Shown here one piece after another: positions 12,001-22,534 of a DNA stretch of 64,000 nt. Both the position numbers and the translations under genes were made by a program. How positions within the stretch are numbered: the first letter of the stretch is position 1; every line of letters starts with the position of its first letter. Source of the DNA: Sphyrna mokarran (lineage: Eukaryota); contig JAGIQG010000014.1 of NCBI GenBank assembly GCA_024679065.1, forward strand, positions 11,036,001 through 11,100,000, in the 5' to 3' direction. The notes below the pieces were generated by a model that was not told where the DNA came from, ran no database searches, and was given only the letters and a program-made list of their open reading frames with translations.

Positions 12001-15000
12001 TCACCCGCTCCATTCCAATACAATCCTCACTCCGCTCCATTCCAATACAATCCTCACTCCGCTCCATTCCAATACTATCCTCACTCCGCTCCATTCAATA
12101 CAATCCTCACTCCGCTCCATCCCAATACATCCTCACTCCGCTCCATTCCAATACAATCCTCACTCCGCTCCATCCCAATACTATCCTCACTCCGCTCCAT
12201 CCAATACAATCCTCACTCCGCTCCTTCCAATAACCTCTCCGCTCCATCCCAATAATCCTCACTCCGCTCCATTCCAATACAATCCTCACTCCGCTCCATT
12301 CCAATACACTCTTCACTCCACTCCATTCCAATACAATCCTCACTCCGCTCCATCCCAATACTATCCTCACTCCGCTCCATTCCAATACTATCCTCACTCC
12401 GCTCCATTCCAATACTATCCTCACTCCGCTCCATCCCAATACAATCCTCACTCCGCTCCATTCCAATACAATCCTCACTCCGCTCCATCCCAATACAATC
12501 CTCACTCCGCTCCATCCCAATACAATCCTCACTCCGCTCCATTCCAATACAATCCTCACTCCGCTCCATTCCAATACAATCCTCACTCCGCTCCATTCCA
12601 ATACAATCCTCACTCCGCTCCATCCCAATACAATCCTCACTCTGCTCCATCCCAATACAATCCTCACTCCGCTCCATCCCAATACAATCCTCACTCCGCT
12701 CCATCCCAATACAATCCTCACTCCGCTCCATCCCAATACAATCCTCATTCGCTCCATTCCAATACAATCCTCACTCGCTCCATTCCAATACAATCTCCCC
12801 TCCATTCCAACTCTCACTCCTCATTCCAATACAATCCTCACTCCGCTCCATCCCAATACAATCCTCACTCCGCTCCATCCCAATACAATCCTCACTCCGC
12901 TCCATTCCAATACAATCCTCACTCCGCTCCATCCCAATACAATCCTCACTCCGCTCCATTCCAATACAATCCTCACTCCGCTCCATTCCAATACAATCCT
13001 CACTCCGCTCCATTCCAATACAATCCTCACTCCGCTCCATCCCAATACAATCCTCACTCCGCTCCATCCCAATACAATCCTCACTCCGCTCCATTCCAAT
13101 ACAATCCTCACTCCGCTCCATCCCAATACAATCCTCACTCCGCTCCATCCCAATACAATCCTCACTCCGCTCCATCCCAATACAATCCTCACTCCGCTCC
13201 ATCCCAATACAATCCTCACTCCGCTCCATCCCAATACAATCCTCACTCCGCTCCATCCCAATACAATCCTCACTCCGCTCCATTCCAAGCAATTCCACTC
13301 CGCTCCATTCCAATACAATCCTCACTCCGCTCCATTCCAATACAATTCCCAATCAGCTCCATTCCAATACAATCCTCACTCCGCTCCATTCCAATACAAT
13401 CCTCACTCAGCTCCATTCCAATACAATCCTCACTCCGCTCCATTCCAATACAATCCTCACTCCGCTCCATTCCAATACAATCCTCACTCCGCTCCATTCC
13501 AATACAATCCTCACTCCGCTCCATTCCAATACAATCCTCACTCCGCTCCATTCCAATACAATCCTCACTCCGCTCCATCCCAATACAATCCTCACTCCGC
13601 TCCATCCCAATACAATCCTCACTCCGCTCCATTCCAATACAATCCTCACTCCGCTCCATTCCAATGCAATCCTCACTCCGATCCATTCCAATACAATCCT
13701 CACTCCGCTCCATTCCAATACAATCCTCACTCAGCTCCATTCCAATACAATCCTCACTCTGCTCCATTCCAATACAATCCTCACTCCGCTCCATCCAAAT
13801 ACAATCCTCACTCTGCTCCATTCCAATACAATCCTCACTCCGCTCCATCCCAATACAATCCTCACTCCGCTCCATCCCAATACAATCCTCACTCCGCTCC
13901 ATCCCAATACAATCCTCACTCCGCTCCATCCCAATACAATCCTCACTCTGCTCCATCCCAATACAATCCTCACTCCGCTCCATTCCAATACAATCCTCAC
14001 TCCGCTCCATCCCAATACAATCCTCACTCCGCTCCATTCCAACACAATCCTCACTCGCTCCATTCCAATACAATCCTCACTCCCCACACAACCCCCCACA
14101 ACAACCACCCCCACCAAACACCTCCTCACTCCGCTCCATCCAATACAATCCTCACTCCGCTCCATCCCAAACATCTCACTCGCCATCCAATAATCCTCAC
14201 TCCGCTCCATCCCAAAACCTCCCGCTCCATCCCAATACAATCCTCACTCCGCTCCATCCCAATACTATCCTCACTCCGCTCCATTCCAATACAATCCTCA
14301 CTCCGCTCCATTCCAATACACTCTTCACTGCACTCGATTCCAATACAATCCTCACTCCGCTCCATCCCAATACAATCCTCACTCCGCTCCATCCCAATAC
14401 AATCCTCACTCCGCTCCATTCCAATACTATCCTCACTCCGCTCCATCCCAAACAACCTCACTGTCCATTCCAATACAATCTCACTCCGCCCATTCCAATA
14501 CAATCCTCACTCGCTCCATCCCAATCAATCCTCCTCCGCTCCATCCAATACATCCTCACTCCGCCCATCCAAACAACACCCCACCAACCCACCCCCACAA
14601 CACCCCCAACAACCCACCCCCCAAACACCCCACCAAAACCCACCCCCACACAACACCAATACAATCCTCACTCCGCTCATTCCAATACTATCCTCACTCC
14701 GCTCCATTCCAATACTATCCTCACTCCGCTCCATTCCAATACTATCCTCACTCCGCTCCATTCCAATACACTCTTCACTGCACTCGATTCCAATACAATC
14801 CTCACTCCGCTCCATCCCAATACAATCCTCACTCCGCTCCATCCCAATACAATCCTCACTCCGCTCCATCCCAATACAATCCTCACTCCGCTCCATTCCA
14901 ATACAATCCTCACTCCGCTCCATTCCAATACAATCCTCACTCCGCTCCATTCCAATACAATCCTCACTCTGCTCCATTCAATACAATCCTCAAACCGCTC

Positions 15001-18000
15001 CATCCAATACAATCCTCACTCCGCCCATCCCAATACAATCCTCACTCCGCTCCATTCCAATACAATCCTCACTACGCTCCTCCCAACACAATCTCACTCC
15101 GCTCCATCCCAATACAATCCTCACTCCGCTCCATCCCAACACTATCCTCACTCCGCTTCATCCCAACACAATCCTCACTCCGCTCCATCCCAATACAATC
15201 CTCACTCCGCTCCATCCCAATACAATCCTCACTCCGCTCCATTCCAATACAATCCTCACTCCGCTCCATTCCAATACAATCCTCACTCCGCTCCATCCCA
15301 ATACAATCCTCACTCCGCTCCATCCCAATACAATCCTCACTCCGCTCCATCCCAATACAATCCTCACTCCGCTCCATCCCAATACAATCCTCACTCCGCT
15401 CCATCCCAATACAATCCTCACTCCGCTCCATCCCAATACAATCCTCACTCCGCTCCATCCCAATACAATCCTCACTCCGCTCCATTCCAAATTCAGATAC
15501 AAACATTCTTCTATTCAATTCAAAACCATACCTTTCTAACAACGCAACACCTTTCAGCTATCCATTTATTGAATTAGTTCCACTCTGTTCTCTTCTGAAT
15601 ATCCCAGTCACTGTTCCACTTCAAGTATTTGTCTAATTGTCTCTGAAAATTATACTTCTGTATCTCCTTCAACAACTGCATCACAACTTACCGTGTAAAA
15701 ACATTTGATGTATTATTGCCACATGTATTAGTGTACAGCGAAAAGTATTATTGTTTGCACAGACAAAGCACACAGTATATAGAAGAGGATAGGAGAGATT
15801 GCGCAATGTAATATTGCAGTCTTAGCTCGGATTATTGTCATCTCTCCTCATCTCACCCTCTGGTTCTTCAATCGATTCTCTACGATTAGTGTCTCCCCGG
15901 GCATTGACCCTCCTGTCACTGGAAACAGCAAGCTTTACTGTATTTATGATGTTAGACAAAATGATTAAATCTCCACTTAATCTTCACTGCTCTCCAGAAA
16001 GAACAGACACAACTCTTGCTGCCTGTCCTAATCCCTGATTGTACCTCTCTAGAGACCTCAACCTATAACTGCAGCAGAGGTGGGTGAGAGGGCTAATCCC
16101 CCCTCTGATGGGGCAACAGGCTGCCCGGTGTGTGTGAATGGGGAGAGGTGGGTGAGAGGATTTATCCCACCTCCGATAGGGGAACAGACTGCCCGGTGTG
16201 TGTGAATGGGGAGAGCTGGGTGAGAGGGTTAATCCCCCCTCCGATATGGGAACAGAATTCCCGGTGTGTGTGTGTGAATGGGGAGAGGTGGGTGAAAGGG
16301 TTAATCCCCGCTCCGATAGGGGAACAGGCTGCCCTGTGTGTGTGTCAATGCGGAGAGTTGGGTGAGAGGGTTAATCCCCCTCCGATAGGGGAACAGGCTG
16401 CCCGGTGTGTGTGTGAATGGGAGAGGTGGCTGAGAGGTTTAATCCCCCCTCCGATAGGGGAACAGACTGCCCCGCGTGTGTGTGAATGGGGAGGGTGGCT
16501 GAGAGGTTTAATCCCCCCTCCGATAGGGGAACAGACTGCCCGGTGTGTGTGTGTGAATGGGGAGAGGTGGGTGAGAGGGTTATCCCCCTCCGATAGGGGA
16601 ACAGACTGCCCGGTGTGTGTGAATGGGGAGAGGTGGGTGAGAGGGTTAATCCCCCTCCGATAGGGGAACAGACTGCCCGTGTGTGTGTGAATGGGGAGAG
16701 GTGGGTGAGAGGGTTAATCCCCCTCCGATAGGGGAACAGACTGCCCGTGTGTGTGTGAATGGGGAGGGTGGTTGAAAGGGTTAATCCCCCCTCCGATAGG
16801 GGAACAGACTGCCCGGTGTGTGTGTGTGTGGAGAGGTGGTTGAAGGGGTTGATCCCCCCTCCGATAGGGGAACAGGCTGCCTTTCGTGTGTGTCAATGGG
16901 GCGAGGTGGGTGACAGTGTTAATCCCCCCTCCAATTGGGGAACAGGCTGCCCGATGTATGTGTGAATGGGGAGAGGTTGGTGAGAGGGTTAATCCCCCTC
17001 TGATAGGGAAACAGTCTGCCCGGTGTGTGTGTGAATGTGGAGAGGTGGGTGAGAGGGTTAATCCCCCTCCAATAGGCTAACAGTCTTCCCGGTGTGTGTG
17101 TCAATGGGGAGAGGTGGGTGAGAGAGTTAATCCCCCTCCGATAGGGGAACAGGCTGCCCGGTGTGTGTGTCAATGGGCAGAGGTGGGTGAGAGGGTTAAT
17201 CCCCCCTCCGATAGGGGAACAGGCTGTCCAGTGTGTGTGTGTCAATGGGGAGAGGTGGTTGAGAGGGTTAATCCCCCGTCCGATAGGGGAACAGGCTGCC
17301 CGGTGTGTGTGAATGGCGAGAGGTTTGGTGAGACGGTTAATCCCCATCCGATAGGGGAACAGGCTTCCCCGTGTGTGTGTGTGAACAGGGAGAGTTGGCT
17401 AAGGGGGTTAATATCTGTGAGTTGTGTGTTTCACAGGAAATACGAGCCAATCAGAAAGATGTTTATCTTGGACTGAACAGAGGAAAAGGGGATTCTCGGA
17501 AGGAAATGCCGGTGAGTAGTAATTTAAATTCCATCCTATTTTCTCAAAACTCTCAGAAATAGTTTTAAATCTGCTTTCCCCCTTTGATGTAGACAGCACT
17601 GATGGAGCTTTACTCTGTATCTAACCCCGTGCTGTACCTGTCCTGCGAGTGTTTAATGGGGACAGTGCAGAGGGAGATTTACTCTGTATCTAACCCCGTG
17701 CTGTACCTGTCCTGGGAGTGTTTGATGGGGGACAGTGTAGATGGAGCTTTCATTTTCTGTAATTACTACAGACTTGTCCTGAATGAACTCTGGTCACACA
17801 ATCAATCGATGGATTGGAATGTGTGAGATGTGTTGGTAGCATTTACCAAAGTTTAATCTGTCTTCTCCTCTCCTCCCTTGTACAGAAAGAAGAAGGAATC
17901 TACACGGTGAGACCATTCACTCTCTCTCCCTCTCTCTTTCACTTTGTGTAACATTATCTCTAATCTGTCTCTCTCTCTCTCTGTTTCTGTCTCTGTCTCT

Positions 18001-18094
18001 CTGTAAAACATTATCTCTAACCTGGCTGTCTCTGTCTCTCTTCCTCTGCGTTTCTGTCTCTGTCTCTCTGTAAAACTTTATCTCTAAATGCCTG

Positions 18095-18125
<31 letters not shown>

Positions 18126-18445
18126 CTGTTTCCCCTCCTTCTGCGTTTCTGTGTAAAACGTTATCTCTAACCTGCCTGTCTCTCTCTCTCTCTCTCCCTC
18201 TCTGTTTCTGTCTCTGTTACGGTCTCTGTCTCTCTGTAAAACATTATCTCTAAATGCCTGTCTCTCTCTCTCTCTCTCTCTCCCTCTGTCTCTCTCCTTC
18301 TGTGTCTCTGTCTCTGTGTAAAACATTATCTCTAACCTGCCTGTCTCTCTCTCTCTCTCTTTAATCTCTGTCGCAGGGTCTGGAAGGGAGGCAGCTTGAT
18401 ACCTACGAGTCTCTGCAGCCTCAGAAGTTTCACAAGCCGGAGTGA
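8993..18445 (+). CDS. FCER1G: FcR-gamma (FCER1G)-like ITAM adaptor gene, 5' incomplete. Exons 8993-9084, 11108-11158, 17437-17511, 17886-17906, 18377-18445, plus optional 16053-16079
   Basis: Spliced translation (E)[30 protein letters not shown]|[17 protein letters not shown]|[25 protein letters not shown]|KEEGIYT|[22 protein letters not shown]. Closely matches mammalian FcR-gamma as recalled ([24 protein letters not shown]...SYE|KSDGVYT|GLSTRNQETYETL). All junctions are AG/GT and phases are consistent. Confidence 0.92.
9105..10900 (+). repeat. 80-bp tandem repeat, ~22 copies
   Basis: Unit GAGTGACAGTGTGAGGGAGCTGGATTAACATCAGTAGAGATACAGTCAGTAACACAGGGTGCTGGGGGAGAGGGGTTACT. ggttactgag recurs at 9181, 9261, 9341. 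Confidence 0.97.
11108..11158 (+). CDS. FCER1G: FCER1G-like juxtamembrane exon (51 bp, phase 0-0) ending in YE
   Basis: Acceptor ttctcttctcctattcactcag, donor GAG|gtaaag. [17 protein letters not shown] corresponds to mammalian IQVRKAAITSYE. Confidence 0.88.
11255..15490 (+). repeat. 27-bp minisatellite (AATACAATCCTCACTCCGCTCCATYCC), ~150 copies
   Basis: Direct tandem periodicity, seen as 9-aa periodic translations in the ORF track. Strongly C-rich and G-poor on the + strand. Confidence 0.97.
15700..15830 (-). mobile_element. Rex1/Babar-like 3' tail fragment
   Basis: Reverse complement resembles the tails at 5460-5580 and 47120-47245. Confidence 0.45.
16053..16079 (+). CDS. Possible 27-bp in-frame micro-exon (RPQPITAAE)
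   Basis: Branch-like cctaat plus gtacctctctag acceptor, GAG|gtgggt donor, phase 0-0, no stop. The donor coincides with the first unit of the adjacent minisatellite, so it may be fortuitous. Confidence 0.35.
16075..17410 (+). repeat. ~69-bp minisatellite (GGGGAGAGGTGGGTGAGAGGGTTAATCCCCCTCCGATAGGGGAACAGACTGCCCGG(TG)nAAT), ~19 copies
   Basis: Tandem copies. The same family lies inverted at 45250-46580. Confidence 0.96.
17437..17511 (+). CDS. FCER1G: Extra cytoplasmic exon (75 bp, phase 0-0) completing a membrane-proximal ITAM
   Basis: Acceptor gttgtgtgtttcacag, donor CCG|gtgagt. [25 protein letters not shown] joined to the previous exon gives [15 protein letters not shown]. Confidence 0.85.
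17590..17750 (-). repeat. ~2 copies of a second 69-bp satellite (same family as 25810-26470)
   Basis: tttactctgtatctaaccccgtgctgtacctgtcctgggagtgtttgatggggacagtg repeated. Confidence 0.85.
17886..17906 (+). CDS. FCER1G: FCER1G-like 21-bp exon KEEGIYT
   Basis: Acceptor tcttctcctctcctcccttgtacag, donor ACG|gtgaga. Same length and position as the mammalian KSDGVYT exon. Confidence 0.92.
17915..18365 (+). repeat. Compound (CT)n repeat with recurring GTAAAACATTATCTCTAA blocks
   Basis: About 6 units filling the last intron. Confidence 0.85.
18377..18445 (+). CDS. FCER1G: FCER1G-like terminal coding exon [22 protein letters not shown]
   Basis: Acceptor (ct)n-ttaatctctgtcgcag. Completes YTGL-x7-YESL. 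TGA at 18443-18445. Confidence 0.92.
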   Translation, partial: GLEGRQLDTYESLQPQKFHKPE

Positions 18446-18951
18446 GCTGCTGATCTGCCCCTGGCTCCTGTCTCTCAGTGTTGGGAAGTGAAGTGTCGGG
18501 GGGCCAGGAGGGAGTGAGTCAGAGCCAACCACTCTGTGGTCAGACTAACATCAGCAGTGCTTCACCAATCTATATATATCTATCTTCCAGCAATCCAGCT
18601 GCGCTTTGAATACGTGATCTCAGTCAAATGTCAAAAGCACCTCTGAGAGTCAGGCCTCTCTCTCTCTGAGAACAGGAGGCCGTTCAACCCCTCTAGAACT
18701 GTTACTCAGGAACAGGAGGAGGCCCATTCACATCTCCAGACAATTGCAGAAATTTGTGTTAAAATGCTTTTCAGATGCTGTCGGGTGCCTTACACTGAGG
18801 AAGTTGCATTGGGGATGGGAGGCGGGGGGAGGGAGTCAGTGAGGGGCATTTGTGTGGGGTTGGGGAGGTGGCGGGGAGGTGGTTGGGGACAGAAGATGTA
18901 CTGGAAATGCCACAGGCTGTGAAGCTCACCCAGTCAAACAGCTTGCTACTC

Positions 18952-19013
18952 AATAAACTCCCGTCTCCTTTACTCGTTTGCGATTGGATCATAAATTCTA
19001 ATTTTGCAATAAA
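18952..19013 (+). terminator. Candidate polyadenylation signals of the FCER1G-like gene
   Basis: AATAAA at 18952-18957 and 19008-19013, about 500-570 bp after the stop, in unique sequence. Confidence 0.5.
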
Positions 19014-19182
19014 CTAAGCTGAAAAGGAGCCTGTGGTGAAAGAGTTTCCTTGGTCGCATGAACTCATTGTGCGGCCTGGTTTGTGGAAGTGAGGCCTGAG
19101 GCGTTGCAGCTTTAAATACACAAAATACAGGGTTTGGGGTAGGCCACACAGCCCCACAATCCTGCTCCACCATGCAAATAAG

Positions 19183-19472
19183 ATCATAGAAACCCTACGT
19201 GCAGAAAGAGGCCCTTCAGCCCATCGAGTCTGCACCTAACACTATCCCACCCAGGCCCTACCCCCATATCCCTACATATTATACCCACTAATCCCCTCTA
19301 ACCTACACATCCCTGGACACTAAGGGGCAATTTCTTAGCACAGCCAATCAACCTAACCCGCACACCTTTGGACTGTGGGAGGAAACCGGAGTACCTGGAG
19401 GAAACCCACGCAGACACGAGGGGAACGTGCAAACTCCGCACTGACAGCGACCCGAGCCGGGAATTGAACCCA
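19183..19472 (-). mobile_element. tRNA-derived V-SINE (HE1-like), 5' truncated
   Basis: Minus strand has B box GGTTCAATTCC, the V-domain (GGAGTTTGCACGTTC...TCTGCGTGGGTTTCCTCC...CCGGTTTCCTCCCACAGTCCAAAG) and a LINE-like tail. Confidence 0.85.
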
Positions 19473-19762
19473 GATCAGATCAGACCAATAAGATCTTATA
19501 AGATCAGGTCTGATCAGATTGAGTCCTCAACTCCACTTTCCAGGCCTGCCTCCTACACCTCGACAACCCCCCCACCCCCCCCCCCCCCCCCCCAACCCCT
19601 CCCCCACCTCAACACCCCCCCTCCGCCCACCCCCCACACCCCCCCCAAGCCTTCCCATCCCACACCGCTCCACCACTGCAAAAAAAAATCAACTCCCATA
19701 CCAGTAAAATTCTGGTTTGAATGTATTCAATTACTACCGAGAGCCTCCACTGCTCTCTGCAG

Positions 19763-20700
19763 TCAAATCCGGGGCCTGAGGCCCAGGCTGTGCTGTCAAA
19801 CCCGGAGGCTGAGGCCCAGGCTGTGTCATCAAACCCAGAGCCTGAGGCCCAGGCTGTGTCATCAAACCCAGAGCCTGAGGCCCAGGCTGTGCTGTCAAAC
19901 TGGAGGTTGAGGCCCAGGCTGTGCTGTCAATCCCGCAGCCTGAGGCCCAGGCCATGTTGTCTAACCTGGAGGCTGAGGCCCAGGCTGTGCTGTCAAACTG
20001 GAGGTTGAGGCCTAGGCTGTGCTGTCAAACCCGGAGCCTGAGGCCCAGGCCATGCTGTCTAACCTGGAGCCTGAGGCCCAGGCTGTGCCATCAAACCTGG
20101 AGCCTGAGGCCCAGGCCGTGCAATCAAACCTGGAGCCTGAGGCCCAGGCCGTGCCATCAAACCTGGAGCCTGAGGCCCAGGCCGTGCCATCAAACCTGGA
20201 GCCTGAGGCCCAGGCCGTGCCATCAAACTTGGAGCCTGAGGCCCAGGCCGTGCCATCAAACCTGGAGCCTGAGGCCCAGGCCGTGCCATCAAACCTGGAG
20301 CCTGAGGCCCAGGCTGTGCCATCAAACCTGGAGCCTGAGGCCCAGGCTGTGCAGTCTAACCTGGAGCCTGAGGCCCAAGCCGTGCGGTCAAACCTGGAGC
20401 CTGAGGCCCAGGCTGTGCAGTCTAACCTGGAGCCTGAGGCCTACACCGTGCCATCAAACCTGGAGCCTGAGGCCCAGGCTGTGCCATCAAACCTGGAGCC
20501 TGAGGCCCAGGCCGTGCCATCAAACCTGGAGCCTGAGGCCCAGGCTGTGCAGTCTAACCCACAATCTGAGCCACAGGCTGTTCTGTCGAACCCAGAGCCT
20601 GAGGCCGAGATTTATTTGCTGGTAAAAAGAACCTGGAACTACAGCCTTCAAAGTTTATGGCCTAAACCAGAAAGAGAGCTCCAGGCTGTGCAGGTTCACC
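19763..20700 (+). repeat. 33-bp minisatellite (TCAAACCTGGAGCCTGAGGCCCAGGCCGTGCCA), ~25 copies plus decayed edge
   Basis: 11-aa periodic translation [11 protein letters not shown]. Two 32-bp units shift the frame. Confidence 0.93.
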
Positions 20701-21132
20701 CAGGACGTGCAGCCTCATCCACACAGAACTAAGGCTTTGTGGCCTAACCATAGCTTGAATATTTTACTGTGAATTATAACTCCAGCTAGGCTTTTGAAGC
20801 CTAACAGAGAGTCCAGGGGTATGCAACCCAATAGATTATGCCTCACAACCTTTAAAAGATAAGTGGACGAGCCTTTGAAATTCGAGACTGTTGTTTAATC
20901 CTGTGTGTTTTATCCTCGGTAGCAAATAAAGCCAACTTTATGTACTTTAAACACAATTTCCTTTCTTCTGGAGCCACCTTAGACAACTGTAAATATTTGC
21001 GTAAACCAAATGCTCGCTAATCTGTTACCTTATTTAATTTAAGGTTGAGTTCCATTTGTAGTTAAAACCTGGCCAGGATTTTGTTGGCACACAGAATGTG
21101 TTCTGTGTTCTCTTCTCCTTCCGGATGTTGCG

Positions 21133-21187
<55 letters not shown>

Positions 21188-21477
21188 CGCCGTGAGCTTG
21201 GCTCCTGGGTTCTTCACTCTGCCTTTCTGAACAGGTGCTTTGTGTTTGCAGAGTTCCTCCAGCCAACAAGTTGATCAGAGCCCCAGTTTAATTCGGCTGA
21301 TCGATTACAGGCAGAGGAGTGGCGTTGGTCACCCTAAACCTCCTAGCCCATTTCAGCTCCTTAAGTACGCATTCTTGACCTTCCGATGCCCAGCCGAGCA
21401 ACACTGGTTGTAAAAGAACTCCTCCCGGCCAAGGACAAGACCTTAAACCCGACAAACTGTGTCCCCTGCCAAGTCAT

Positions 21478-21657
21478 GATGCGGAGATGCCGGGGTTGGA
21501 CGGGGGTAAAGACAGTAAGAAGTCTCACAACACCAGACTAAAGTCCAACCAGTCTATTTGACAGTATACCCACAGGTTGGCAAATCCCGAAAGCTTGTGG
21601 GTATACTGTCAAACAAACTGGTTGGACTTTTAACCTGGTGTTGTGAGACTTCTTACT
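21478..21657. mobile_element. Penelope-like terminal repeat in inverted (hairpin) configuration
   Basis: Arms 21514-21574 and 21596-21657 are near-perfect reverse complements. The sequence matches the termini at 27245, 30740-30830, 36300-36357 and 38530. Confidence 0.8.
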
Positions 21658-21684
21658 ATATATTACTATATATTACTTCTTACT

Positions 21685-21995
21685 GGACAGTGATAGCCTT
21701 TTTCCTAGGATGGAGGAAGCTAGCACGAGGGGACACAGCTTTAAATTAAGGGGCGATAGTTATAGGACGGATATCAGAGGCAGGTTCTTTACCCAAAGGG
21801 TGGTTCGGGAGTGGAATGCCCTGCCTGCAGCAGTTGTAGATGCGCCAAGTTTGGTGGCGTTTAAGAGGTTAGTTGATAAGTATATGGAAGAGAAGGGAAT
21901 GGTTTAGTTTGGAGGGGCATTGCTTTTCATATTGGTCGGCGCAACATCGAGGGCCGAAGGGCCTGTTCTGTGCTGTAATGTTCTATGTTCTATGT
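21685..21995 (+). mobile_element. CR1-like LINE 3' end
   Basis: ORF 21710-21907 plus (ttctatg)n tail. Confidence 0.9.
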
Positions 21996-22415
21996 TCTAT
22001 ATTTCCCAGTCAGGATGGTGAGTGACTTGGAGGGGAATCTCCAGGATCTGGCGTACGCAGGTATCTGCTGCTCTTGTTCTTCTGGAGAGTAGTGGGCTGG
22101 GTTTGGAAGGTGCTGTCGAAGGAACCTCAGTGAGTTCCTGTAGTGTATGGTGTAGATGGTACACACTGTGCATCGCTGGTGGAGGAAGCGAAAGTTTGTG
22201 GATGGGATGCCAATCAAATGGCTTGGGTATCGAGCTTCTTGAGTATTGTTGGAGCTGCACTCATCCAAGCAAGTGGGGAGCATTCAATTATCCTCTTGAC
22301 ATTTGATGCCTTTGGAAAATCGGGAGGAGGGTTGCTCACTGCAGGATTCCCAGCCTCTAACCTGCCCTGGTATTTATATGGTTGGTCCAGTTCAGTTTCT
22401 GGTCAACGGTAACCT
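21996..22415 (-). mobile_element. Fragment of an older, different L2/CR1-group LINE (ORF2 C-terminus)
   Basis: Minus-strand AAPTILKKLD...LIGIPSTNF..LHQRCTV..CTIYTIHYRNSLRFLRQHLPNP. Clade assignment is tentative. Confidence 0.6.
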
Positions 22416-22534
22416 GCGTAGAATTATAGAATTATACAGTGCAGAAGAGGACCTTCGATCCATCAACTGATATGTGTAAAACATCTGAACTCCTTCCCAA
22501 TCTGCCAGCGTTTGGCCCACAGCCCCGAATATTA

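Noticed and set aside
14080-14660. C/A-only patches inside the 27-bp array, and similar C-runs at 19560-19690
   Set aside because: They look like low-quality long-read consensus (dropped G/T bases) rather than biological structure.
11192-15577. 1461-aa ORF
   Set aside because: Artefact of a 27-bp G-poor repeat with no stop codons. The translation drifts among all three frames and it lies in an intron of the FCER1G-like gene.
8993-18445. Assignment as CD247 (CD3-zeta), TYROBP or HCST
   Set aside because: The TM exon sequence ([19 protein letters not shown]), short ectodomain, 21-bp penultimate exon and short final exon fit FcR-gamma better. Only two ITAMs were found.
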